A DNA stretch of 64,000 nucleotides from a virus. Made by a program: the position numbers and the translations under genes. The notes under the pieces were generated by a model, which made no database searches, had not been told where the DNA came from, and worked only from the letters and a program-made list of their open reading frames with translations. Location: the IMG/VR virus record IMGVR_UViG_3300017971_000033; one strand, 5' to 3'. Below are positions 25,824-32,997 of this stretch, in pieces. Position 1 is the first letter of the stretch. Every line of letters begins with the position of its first letter.

Positions 25824-25933
25824 TCTAAACTCCTTTCAGGATTCACCTGTCTCAGTTTGTGGTCTCGTCATCAGTATGCGGCGACCATCCCGCATAGACC
25901 GCATGTAGGGATGTCATGCGGTTTCTGTTGGTG

Positions 25934-26056
25934 TTACTCCTCCGAGTCGTGGGAATTAATTCTGTCGAAATCGGTAAAGAATTCGGCAAGCCCGATTATT
26001 ATTAAAATAATGGCAATAATTACCACGGACACTGCAAGCGCTTTTATTAAGCTCAT
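25934..26056 (-). CDS. 40-aa single-TM peptide
   Basis: Below the track cutoff. GGAGGTGGAG lies before ATG 26056, which overlaps the upstream stop. 'MSLIKALAVSVVIIAIILIIIGLAEFF...'. Confidence 0.45.
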   Translation of the reverse strand: MSLIKALAVSVVIIAIILIIIGLAEFFTDFDRINSHDSEE

Positions 26057-26601
26057 CACTCCACCTCCTCCTTTTTCCACTCGTCACCATAAATGAGCAA
26101 GTCGTGGTTTGTAATGCACCTTTCGGCTTCCTCCTTCCAACGCGGTCGCTGAGCAATCACAAACTCGGTAAACCGCGACTTTTGTCTTGCCATCTCTTCA
26201 TCGCTTTCAAACGGGAAACTACCAAAGTCAAGCGCCTCTGCTTCGTGGACTGGAATCCGCAAGTGATCGGCTAGAACCTTGTTGTTGCGGCCAGCCCACT
26301 TTGTACCGCCGTAGTGATACCAGCCGTTGTCAATGGAGTGCATTGGTTCGCCGTTGATATCGGACGAGTGCAGAGCGGCCATGTCCTTTAGATCCGGGAA
26401 CTGCTCCGTGATAAAGGCATGATCAGCGCCGCCGCCGATATCCTTTCCTTCGCGGTTGTAGATATCGCACGTTAAGGAAAAATAGGGAAGTGAATTTCCC
26501 TTGATGTAATGCAGGCCACCGACAACTCTTAGGTAGCAATTCGTGTAACAACTTAAACTGTCAGTGATGAACTTCCTTGCTTTTAGGATTGGTGCTTTCA
26601 T
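26056..26601 (-). CDS. hypothetical protein
   Basis: 181-aa ORF. No family named. Confidence 0.55.
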   Translation of the reverse strand: MKAPILKARKFITDSLSCYTNCYLRVVGGLHYIKGNSLPYFSLTCDIYNREGKDIGGGADHAFITEQFPDLKDMAALHSSDINGEPMHSIDNGWYHYGGTKWAGRNNKVLADHLRIPVHEAEALDFGSFPFESDEEMARQKSRFTEFVIAQRPRWKEEAERCITNHDLLIYGDEWKKEEVE

Positions 26602-26604
26602 ATC

Positions 26605-26856
26605 TCACCTCTTGAAAGAATGGCTTTCGCGGTTTAAAAGGTCATCCACCCGAGCGGAATATACCCGAGGGCTTTGTGCAGAATCCTCTGCATGCGCACA
26701 AGCGGCATCGAAGTCGTCATAATGCTCTTCTTCAAAGTTTCCGTTTGTGAATTCGATGACGACCAAAAAGGACATTTGCGCCCGTTCGTCTTTATAGTCA
26801 TCGGCAAAGGAGTCGCCGGATTTTGCTTTAAGCCAGATTGAGGATGCAATACTCAT
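26605..26856 (-). CDS. hypothetical acidic protein
   Basis: 83-aa ORF in the operon. Confidence 0.5.
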   Translation of the reverse strand: MSIASSIWLKAKSGDSFADDYKDERAQMSFLVVIEFTNGNFEEEHYDDFDAACAHAEDSAQSPRVYSARVDDLLNRESHSFKR

Positions 26857-27176
26857 GGATTGCCTCCTCCGTAATGCTTGCGCTCTTCGTATTCAAAAGA
26901 CTGCTCGCACAGGTCGGCTTCGTAGTCGTCAACAACGCAAAGCGCAGAGCGCACTTCGTCATCATTCATGCGGCTAATAAGCCAGCGGAAGTTCTCCGGG
27001 GTGTCGGTATAATCCACTGAACTCTCCCTTCCTTTGACAGAGAACAGCATTGACATCATGCGGCCACTGCAAGAAGCGTGGTCACAAGCCATGCGGAAAA
27101 GTTCTTCCCGGTCGGCGGTATCAACAAAGCGCATATCACGCTTGAACTTGCTCGTTTGTCTATGTTTGGATTTCAT
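26853..27176 (-). CDS. hypothetical protein
   Basis: 107-aa ORF; overlaps the next start. Confidence 0.5.
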   Translation of the reverse strand: MKSKHRQTSKFKRDMRFVDTADREELFRMACDHASCSGRMMSMLFSVKGRESSVDYTDTPENFRWLISRMNDDEVRSALCVVDDYEADLCEQSFEYEERKHYGGGNP

Positions 27177-27186
27177 AGTCCTCTCC

Positions 27187-27399
27187 CTAAATGGTGTTGA
27201 TCAGAGTCTGCGCACGGTCATACGTGCGACGGTCGCAGCGGTAGACAATCACGCGGTCACCAATAGTTGTGAAGTTGCGCCACATGATTATGTAGAAGGA
27301 TCCTGCGGGACCTTTGACGGCATCCCACGTTGAAACGGACTCGGAGTTAAAACCAAGATCCGACAGGAACTCAAGAATTTTAGCGTTTGTTTCGTGCAT
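27187..27399 (-). CDS. hypothetical protein
   Basis: 70-aa ORF. Confidence 0.5.
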   Translation of the reverse strand: MHETNAKILEFLSDLGFNSESVSTWDAVKGPAGSFYIIMWRNFTTIGDRVIVYRCDRRTYDRAQTLINTI

Positions 27400-27414
27400 A
27401 ACTATTTCCTCTAA

Positions 27415-27624
27415 TCAATTAACCGGATGATCCATTGAAACAATATCGGTATCAAGGTTCAGCCATCCGTGAAGATGGCGCGCAGGATTGTAGACATAAA
27501 GCCACCGTACGCCGTCATAAATAAAAGGCCGCTCGTCGCCGCCGCAAGCGGAAACCCAGCGGTCAGCCTTTTCAGCAACAGCGATTTCATACTCGCCGCC
27601 GTAGTTGTAGGTAAACTCGCTCAT
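27415..27624 (-). CDS. hypothetical protein
   Basis: 69-aa ORF. Confidence 0.5.
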   Translation of the reverse strand: MSEFTYNYGGEYEIAVAEKADRWVSACGGDERPFIYDGVRWLYVYNPARHLHGWLNLDTDIVSMDHPVN

Positions 27625-27869
27625 TTGACCGTCCTCTCAATTGGCTCGTGGATACGCAGAGAATTATGGTTGCCGAACTCTCTGACCTTCAAGCCGACAT
27701 TCCTTGCGTAGTCGGCCATTGCGTTTAATTGTTTGCTATCGGTGCAGACAACATCAAGAACCCGCTTCCCGGTTGTACGGTTGCGGAATTCATCAACTTG
27801 CTCCGCTTCGTGTTTCGTCCACACGTAGAGGTAAGCGAAACCGGCTAACTGTTGGGTATACATTTTCAT
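27621..27869 (-). CDS. hypothetical protein
   Basis: ATG 27869 ('MKMYTQQ') overlaps the upstream stop. Confidence 0.5.
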   Translation of the reverse strand: MKMYTQQLAGFAYLYVWTKHEAEQVDEFRNRTTGKRVLDVVCTDSKQLNAMADYARNVGLKVREFGNHNSLRIHEPIERTVK

Positions 27870-28174
27870 TTGCCGCCCCTCGTAAGACCGCCCGCAAGCG
27901 GATGCCACTCATAAGCGCCGTTGTCATATTGATCCATGACTGCATCGCGCACGGCCATGACATCGCTCATGACAACCTCAATTGTTCCGAGCGGGTCGGA
28001 GTCGAAGTTAGGATCATCAAATACGATGTTGTGTTTTACCTTTCCGTAAACGCACCGCGAATGATCATTGAAAACCAAATCGCCTTCATCAGTGAAGCCG
28101 CAAGTAATGACTTGACCTTCTGCGGAGTATTGGCGACCGGTATTAAAAGTGAATTGTGCGACGATCTCAGACAT
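27866..28174 (-). CDS. hypothetical protein, paralogue B of tandem pair
   Basis: ATG 28174 overlaps the upstream stop (TGATG). Shares 'F(T)xxN...(D/E)G.(L/V)(L/V)F(K/N)DHS....GKV' and a C-terminal 'W..(A/L)AGGL' with the gene upstream. Confidence 0.55.
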   Translation of the reverse strand: MSEIVAQFTFNTGRQYSAEGQVITCGFTDEGDLVFNDHSRCVYGKVKHNIVFDDPNFDSDPLGTIEVVMSDVMAVRDAVMDQYDNGAYEWHPLAGGLTRGGK

Positions 28175-28419
28175 CAGACTTCCCTCCATACTGGTTTCAG
28201 TCCGGCAGCGACTGCGTTCCAATCAAAGAAGCCGACAGAGCGTGAAGAGTCAACAATGTCTTGCACGGTTTCCTGCGGCGTGTCGGTATTAAGAAGGCAG
28301 AAGGCGACCTTGCCGCACTGCTGCGTTGAATGGTCTTTGAATAAAACCGCACCGTCATCCAATACGGCGACGGTGACGGCTTTTGATTCGTCATTGGTGT
28401 AGGTGAATTTAAGTTTCAT
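28174..28419 (-). CDS. hypothetical protein, paralogue A of tandem pair
   Basis: AGGGAG lies 7 nt before ATG 28419 ('MKLKFTYTND'). Confidence 0.55.
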   Translation of the reverse strand: MKLKFTYTNDESKAVTVAVLDDGAVLFKDHSTQQCGKVAFCLLNTDTPQETVQDIVDSSRSVGFFDWNAVAAGLKPVWREV

Positions 28420-28467
28420 AATCATTCTCCCTTTAAGTAAGAAGTCTAAAACCAGTTGGCGCAGGTT

Positions 28468-28539
28468 TTAGTGAGTGGCGTGGATGTAGTAAAGCGTTGC
28501 GGACAAAACAACAACGATCAAAAGAGCAAAAGTAGTCAT
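28468..28539 (-). CDS. 23-codon hydrophobic peptide ORF at head of leftward operon
   Basis: GAGGAA lies 6 nt before ATG 28539. 'MTTFALLIVVVLSATLYYIHATH'. It sits directly downstream of the terminator-like hairpin at 28561-28586. Confidence 0.35.
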   Translation of the reverse strand: MTTFALLIVVVLSATLYYIHATH

Positions 28540-28560
28540 GGTGATTTCCTCGATATGCGG

Positions 28561-28586
28561 TTGATAAAGACACCGTAAGCGGTGCC
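28561..28586 (-). terminator. terminator-like hairpin valid only as minus-strand RNA
   Basis: The minus strand reads GGCACCG-CUUA-CGGUGUC followed by UUUAUCAA. The stem contains a G-U that would be A-C on the plus strand. Confidence 0.45.
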
Positions 28587-28617
28587 TTTATTGCCGCACA
28601 CCTTTCGGCGTGCAGTC

Positions 28618-28630
28618 CTTCCGGGAAGTT
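28618..28630. repeat. 13-nt near-palindrome CTTCCGGGAAGTT, copy 1
   Basis: Exact repeat of 28947-28959. Confidence 0.9.
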
Positions 28631-28946
28631 GGCAGACAATCCGTGACACTGCGATGCGTTTTAGCGGTCGCGCCATGTCATTCTGTTGTCGGCGATCTTC
28701 CGTTCCGGTTGGGTTTGGTCCTTTTCGGTTTCCCCTAACAAGGCGGCTCGTGGTTGTTCTCAACTCAGCCTTGTCGCCGCTATCCGTGCGGCGGGGGTTT
28801 TCTTTTGGTCTTGGTGGAAGGTGGCGGGGAGGGTTTTAAAAATCTTGACTAAAGATCTTTTAGGTTTCCGCTTTTAGTTTGCCGCTCGCTCTTTTAACCT
28901 TGAATCGGCTTGCGCCTCGGTCCGCTCGTCTTAGGGAGGTTGGATT

Positions 28947-28959
28947 CTTCCGGGAAGTT
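28947..28959. repeat. 13-nt near-palindrome CTTCCGGGAAGTT, copy 2
   Basis: Exact repeat of 28618-28630, 329 bp away. Confidence 0.9.
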
Positions 28960-29507
28960 TCCGTGGGGGCTTGCTGCGTTCCAGTTGGACGGTCTTGGCA
29001 ATTCCATTCAACCCTGTCTCGAGTCGGATGCGGTTTGGCAATCATCTTGCTATTCCACTTTGACTCAGCCGCGCTTTAGCGTTTCCTGATCCTCTTCGGA
29101 TCCCCGATCACCTCGGTCCCCTTTCGCGCTGTTGACAGGTGAGATGGTTTCCCGACTTACTCCCTGCAATAAATCCGCTAATCAGTTTGGCGTTTCTTCC
29201 GCGGCTTACTGCTCTTGAAGGCGTCCTTGCCTTCCCTTCTAATCCCGCGGTGGCTGGCTTGGTCTCAAGCCCTTGCCCCGTTCGGGATGACGTCATGCCT
29301 GACGCCAGATTTAATATTGCCTTGCCTATTTCCATATGTACATAGTTATGGTAGCTTATCTATCGGCTCGGGAACTGGATGCCTTAATTCATCCTAACTC
29401 CTTGATCCGTAAAGCGAAAAACAGCCGAAAATACAGAGACCTCTGAACTGGCTGACTCCTGCTTTTGCTCATAATACTAATTAATTCAGCAACTTAGGAG
29501 TGATATC

Positions 29508-29708
29508 ATGCTAGAAGCCCGTAGCCTTAAAATCGTAATAAAGCAAGCCGGCGGTCCTTCCGCAGTTTCCCGGAGAACCGGATTCTCACGGCAAGCTATC
29601 CATTCATGGATTAACCGCGGAGACATCCCACGCGCCACAAGGCGCAAGTTAGAAGCCGCTGGTATTTCAACAACAACGCTGCTGCCGTTTGGCACTGACT
29701 GGAAATAG
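29508..29708 (+). CDS. Cro/YdaS-like HTH regulator
   Basis: AGGAG lies before the ATG. 'AGGPSAVSRRTGFSRQAIHSWINRGDIP' is a Cro/YdaS-type HTH. First gene of the rightward operon. Confidence 0.65.
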   Translation: MLEARSLKIVIKQAGGPSAVSRRTGFSRQAIHSWINRGDIPRATRRKLEAAGISTTTLLPFGTDWK

Positions 29709-29710
29709 TG

Positions 29711-29734
29711 AATTGTATATTTGAATATACAATT
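29711..29734. promoter_or_regulatory. 24-bp AT-rich palindrome (operator or hairpin)
   Basis: AATTGTATATT (29711-21) and AATATACAATT (29724-34) are exact reverse complements separated by 2 nt. Confidence 0.6.
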
Positions 29735-30050
29735 GCTTGACACTCCAAACAGTTCGCTTCCCGGTTTACTGTCACAGCTTGGCTGTGTCGTTTGCCTTCG
29801 CTTAGGTTATGGCGAAACGCCCGCAGAGATTCACCACTTGCGCAGCGGCGCAGGTATCGCGCAGCGAAGCGACAACAGCCGTGCCATTCCCCTATGCCAC
29901 CTTCACCATCGCAATGGCGGTTATGGTGTTGCGTTCCACGCAGGGCCAAGGGAGTTTGAACGGCTGTTCGGCACTGAGGAGGAGTTGTTGGAATACACGC
30001 ACAACTTACTCGAAACCAAAATCAAACGAGGTGAGATATGTACGAAGTAA
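29721..30050 (+). CDS. Ref-like RecA-dependent nuclease (HNH-type); start codon uncertain
   Basis: 'CVVC...EIHHLRSGAG...IPLCHLHHRNGG...FH' matches the P1 Ref-family pattern. Only TTG starts (29721, 29733) are available. Confidence 0.6.
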   Translation: MNIQLLDTPNSSLPGLLSQLGCVVCLRLGYGETPAEIHHLRSGAGIAQRSDNSRAIPLCHLHHRNGGYGVAFHAGPREFERLFGTEEELLEYTHNLLETKIKRGEICTK

Positions 30051-30367
30051 ACTCTGAAACAATCGATATCTTTGAGCGCGTCCCGTATTACCTTTGGGAC
30101 GATAACAATCTGACGCGCTCCGCGCTCGCAGTATTCGCTTACATCATGGACAACCGCAGTGATGACGGTCTTTGTCATAAATCAAACCCGGAAATAGCAA
30201 AGGCGTTAGGCTACAAACACGCGAGGAGCGTTCAGTATCCGCTCAAGGCACTGGAAGCCGCAGGTTATACAACCCGCGACCACCGAGGCCCTTATCGTTG
30301 GATCCAGTTAACCGAGAAGGCGCTTGATGTTATTGAACGCAGCAACGACGAGAGGCAAATCGCATGA
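30038..30367 (+). CDS. winged-helix DNA-binding protein
   Basis: GAGGTG lies before the ATG. 'NPEIAKALGYKHARSVQYPLKALEAAGY' is wHTH-like. Confidence 0.5.
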   Translation: MYEVNSETIDIFERVPYYLWDDNNLTRSALAVFAYIMDNRSDDGLCHKSNPEIAKALGYKHARSVQYPLKALEAAGYTTRDHRGPYRWIQLTEKALDVIERSNDERQIA

Positions 30368-31173
30368 ATGACGAGCGTTATGGTTTCAAGGGCGTCTTTA
30401 TCCCGGCCGCAGTGTGGAAGGATCATCGGCTAAACGCACTGGAGATGGTGTTACTGACAGAAATCTTCTATCTGTCAAACGGGAAAACACCTTGCATTGC
30501 GTCAAACCAGTATTTGGCGACATTCATCAAGCGGGATAAGCGGACTGCTAAACGGATAGTTAGCAAGTTAGAGGAGTGCGGTTATATTCGCACCGAGGTT
30601 GACCGGGACGATCAGAGAGTAGTTACGCAAAGACGTATATTTGTGGATGCCGCTTTGTATCATGGAGTTGATACCCCTAGTGACAAAAATGTCCCCACCC
30701 CTCGTGACAAAAATGTCCCTACCCCTAGTGACAAAAATGTCCCCTATAGTAATAAAAGACCTTTTAGTAATAATAAAACCATATTGTGCGAAAACAACAA
30801 AAAGGAATCAGTGGAACGGTTTGAGGAATTCTGGCAGGCTTACCCCTCGGGATACCGAAAGGGAGGGAAAAAGAAAGCCCGAGATATTTGGAAACGTAAA
30901 AACCTCGATAAGATCGCTGACGCACTTATTGCTGATGTCGGTCTCCGGGCTGCAAAAGACCGGTCATGGCTTGACGGCTATATTCCGATGACGACAACAT
31001 ACCTGAACCAAGAGAGGTGGCAAGACGATATACAAACCGCAGGACCGAAACAAAAGGAAACCGCAGAAGATCGGCGACAAGCCCGACGCAAGCGGATTGA
31101 GGAAAGAGAAAACAAAATCAACGGCAAAATCATCGAGGGGGAATACCATGCAGAAATTAATAAACTTGTCTGA
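30364..31173 (+). CDS. replication initiator (lambda O-like architecture)
   Basis: N-terminal wHTH ('NQYLATFIKRDKRTAKRIVSKLEECGYI'). The central linker is encoded by the iterons. The C-terminal domain is followed by a P-like gene. Confidence 0.6.
   Translation: MNDERYGFKGVFIPAAVWKDHRLNALEMVLLTEIFYLSNGKTPCIASNQYLATFIKRDKRTAKRIVSKLEECGYIRTEVDRDDQRVVTQRRIFVDAALYHGVDTPSDKNVPTPRDKNVPTPSDKNVPYSNKRPFSNNKTILCENNKKESVERFEEFWQAYPSGYRKGGKKKARDIWKRKNLDKIADALIADVGLRAAKDRSWLDGYIPMTTTYLNQERWQDDIQTAGPKQKETAEDRRQARRKRIEERENKINGKIIEGEYHAEINKLV
30673..30805. promoter_or_regulatory. putative origin of replication: 3 x 24-bp iterons + AT-rich tract
   Basis: 30673-30696, 30697-30720 and 30721-30744 = ACCCCT(A/C)GTGACAAAAATGTCCC(C/T). 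Next comes TATAGTAATAAAAGACCTTTTAGTAATAATAAAACC... (30745-30805). Confidence 0.6.
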
Positions 31174-31732
31174 CGACATCCAGCAACAAGCCTATGACCG
31201 ATTTTGGGTTGCAATGGGCGAGATCTATGGCGAACAGTTTTTTACTGAATTCGGCCCGGAGATGCCAGACCAGTGGCGCATGGCTGTTGGCTCGCTGAAC
31301 CTTGAGCAAATCAAGCGCGGCATCGATCTTTGTCGTGATTCAGGCGACAGCTATATTCCGCGGCTTCCGCAATTCATGGGAAGGGCCCGCACAGCTCCTC
31401 AGCGGTCACCAGAGGCGCAAAAGCGGATAACCAGTGGCAAAGCATCCACCGAGGTGCAGGAGCGGCTACACGCCTTCGTGGAACGGCACCGTGAGGATCC
31501 GTCCCGAGGTGTTCGGTCGGTATTGCATGGTGGCGAGTCGATGGTGGATTACAAAGCCGCACTCTCCAAGGCCCGCCGCAATGGCAAAACCACGTTTGAA
31601 TTCAAGTGGGAGCGCCTTAACGCCAATGGCTGGACGATGGAAGATGAAAAGCGATTCTACGATGCGGCCAAGGTGTGCGGGATTTCCCTTTACAACGGCA
31701 CTACCAACTTGCTGAGGGATTGCAATGAATAA
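31148..31732 (+). CDS. replication protein P-like (helicase loader candidate)
   Basis: ATG 31148. 'WRMAVGSLNLEQIKRGIDLCRDSGDSYIPRLPQFMGRAR' parallels lambda P 'NGITTMEQVNAGMRVARRQNRPFLPSPGQFVAWC' (recalled from memory). Confidence 0.45.
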   Translation: MQKLINLSDDIQQQAYDRFWVAMGEIYGEQFFTEFGPEMPDQWRMAVGSLNLEQIKRGIDLCRDSGDSYIPRLPQFMGRARTAPQRSPEAQKRITSGKASTEVQERLHAFVERHREDPSRGVRSVLHGGESMVDYKAALSKARRNGKTTFEFKWERLNANGWTMEDEKRFYDAAKVCGISLYNGTTNLLRDCNE

Positions 31733-32108
31733 TCCAGTTTGCTTAAAGCGGATCTACTTGACTGGCTACCAGTTGAAGCAGGCGCTCGAAGTCCTTGGCT
31801 ACGATTTTGATTTGTCTGCGTTCCCGCAATGCGATGTGCTTGAAACGCATGCTTGTCTGTCTCGGTACGATGACGGCGCATTGACAGTCCATTATGCCGA
31901 ATACCCCGAAGAAGGCGCGCAGGAACTGGTTGACCCGGAGGAACTGGTTGAGAAGTATGACCAGCCATACGGCATCCGTGCTGACGAATTCACGGAAGCG
32001 ATGAACGAACACATAGTGCAGGAAAGGGAGCTAATCTTCCACATGAAAAAAATCACTGCGATTAACAAGATCATCGCGCAGCCGTTTTATGACGGCCCGG
32101 AGGTGTAG
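31725..32108 (+). CDS. hypothetical protein
   Basis: 127-aa ORF overlapping the upstream stop. Confidence 0.5.
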   Translation: MNNPVCLKRIYLTGYQLKQALEVLGYDFDLSAFPQCDVLETHACLSRYDDGALTVHYAEYPEEGAQELVDPEELVEKYDQPYGIRADEFTEAMNEHIVQERELIFHMKKITAINKIIAQPFYDGPEV

Positions 32109-32169
32109 TCATGGGAGTGCCAATTTACCAAACCGAAAATAACCTAAGTATTGAGAGAGAGGTAGCAAC

Positions 32170-32745
32170 ATGGATCTAGCGATATACAGCAAAGTAGCGT
32201 TCACGGAGTTTGCCATCTACCCCGAGGCCGGCGACGATATTGTTTACCCGTTACTCGGGCTTGTTGGTGAAGTCTCCGAGGTCAATGACAAGCTGCTATC
32301 CTACAACGGCTGTTCGGCCTTTGACCCGGAGGCGCAGCCATTACTCCGGGAACTTGGCGATGTCTTGTGGTATTGCAATGCGTTCATCAGATCAATCGAG
32401 CTTGATTTTGTGAAGATGGTGCCGCGGTCAGAAGGCTGGGACAACTTCCCCGGAGACAATCTGGTTCAGCGCATGAACTCTGGCGGGAATTTCCTCGTGC
32501 ACGCCGCTGGACATATTGCCGAACAGGTCAAGAAGATGATCCGCGGCCGGGAGCCATTCGGCGGGGAGCGCGGGCAGGATTGCGCCAACCACTTGTCGGC
32601 CATCCTTGGTTGCATAGCAGTCATGGCTGAGATGCTGGATTCATCGCTTGAGGAAATAGCCGAGATGAATTACACCAAGTTGTCTGAGCGCAAGCAGAAA
32701 GACATGATCCACGGCGACGGTGACAACCGCGAAAGGATAAACTGA
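32170..32745 (+). CDS. mazG: MazG-like nucleoside triphosphate pyrophosphohydrolase
   Basis: 'LLGLVGEVSEVNDKL', 'ELGDVLWYCNAF' and 'EIAEMNYTKLSERKQKDMIHGDGDNRE'. Confidence 0.75.
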   Translation: MDLAIYSKVAFTEFAIYPEAGDDIVYPLLGLVGEVSEVNDKLLSYNGCSAFDPEAQPLLRELGDVLWYCNAFIRSIELDFVKMVPRSEGWDNFPGDNLVQRMNSGGNFLVHAAGHIAEQVKKMIRGREPFGGERGQDCANHLSAILGCIAVMAEMLDSSLEEIAEMNYTKLSERKQKDMIHGDGDNRERIN

Positions 32746-32757
32746 CGGAGGGAAGGT

Positions 32758-32997
32758 ATGAGCGGGCTGACAACAGAGGAGGCCTTGCGTATGTTTGAAC
32801 GCGGTGAAAGGCCGGAGCGCCGTGAATATTTCGAGCTACTGCAAGCAGAACACCCGGATCTTCTAGCGATAGTGATCGAGGCCAAGGAGGTTTTTGGCCG
32901 TGTCTCGATGCCAAGGCTACTAAGAAACCCGCCCGACTATGGGCGTCCATTGTTCCACGTGGAACACAAACCAAGAGAAGGAGCAGAAACCGCATGA
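32758..32997 (+). CDS. hypothetical protein
   Basis: 79-aa ORF. Confidence 0.45.
   Translation: MSGLTTEEALRMFERGERPERREYFELLQAEHPDLLAIVIEAKEVFGRVSMPRLLRNPPDYGRPLFHVEHKPREGAETA

Larger units (their letters stand above)
28561..29340 (-). ncRNA. candidate long structured non-coding RNA / leader (extent and start unknown)
   Basis: No protein-like ORF. The plus strand is A-poor (4-6 A per 60 nt in several lines). Several hairpins carry G-U pairs that only work on the minus strand. GTTTCC occurs 5 times. Confidence 0.3.

Noticed and set aside
27704-28402. 232-aa plus-strand ORF across the first leftward genes
   Set aside because: It is antisense to three coupled, SD-preceded genes. Its composition is Arg/Ser/Cys-rich, and it arises because that strand is stop-poor.
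28775-28806. Plus-strand intrinsic terminator (CGCCGC-TATCCGT-GCGGCG then GGGG TTTTCTTTT)
   Set aside because: Four G residues separate the stem from the T tract. Other hairpins in the region favour minus-strand folding. I kept it only as one of the hairpins of the region.
28426-29507. tRNA, tmRNA or a retron-type element in the large intergenic region
   Set aside because: I found no T-loop (GTTCRANYC-like) or cloverleaf-compatible segments on either strand. No reverse transcriptase gene is present anywhere in the window.
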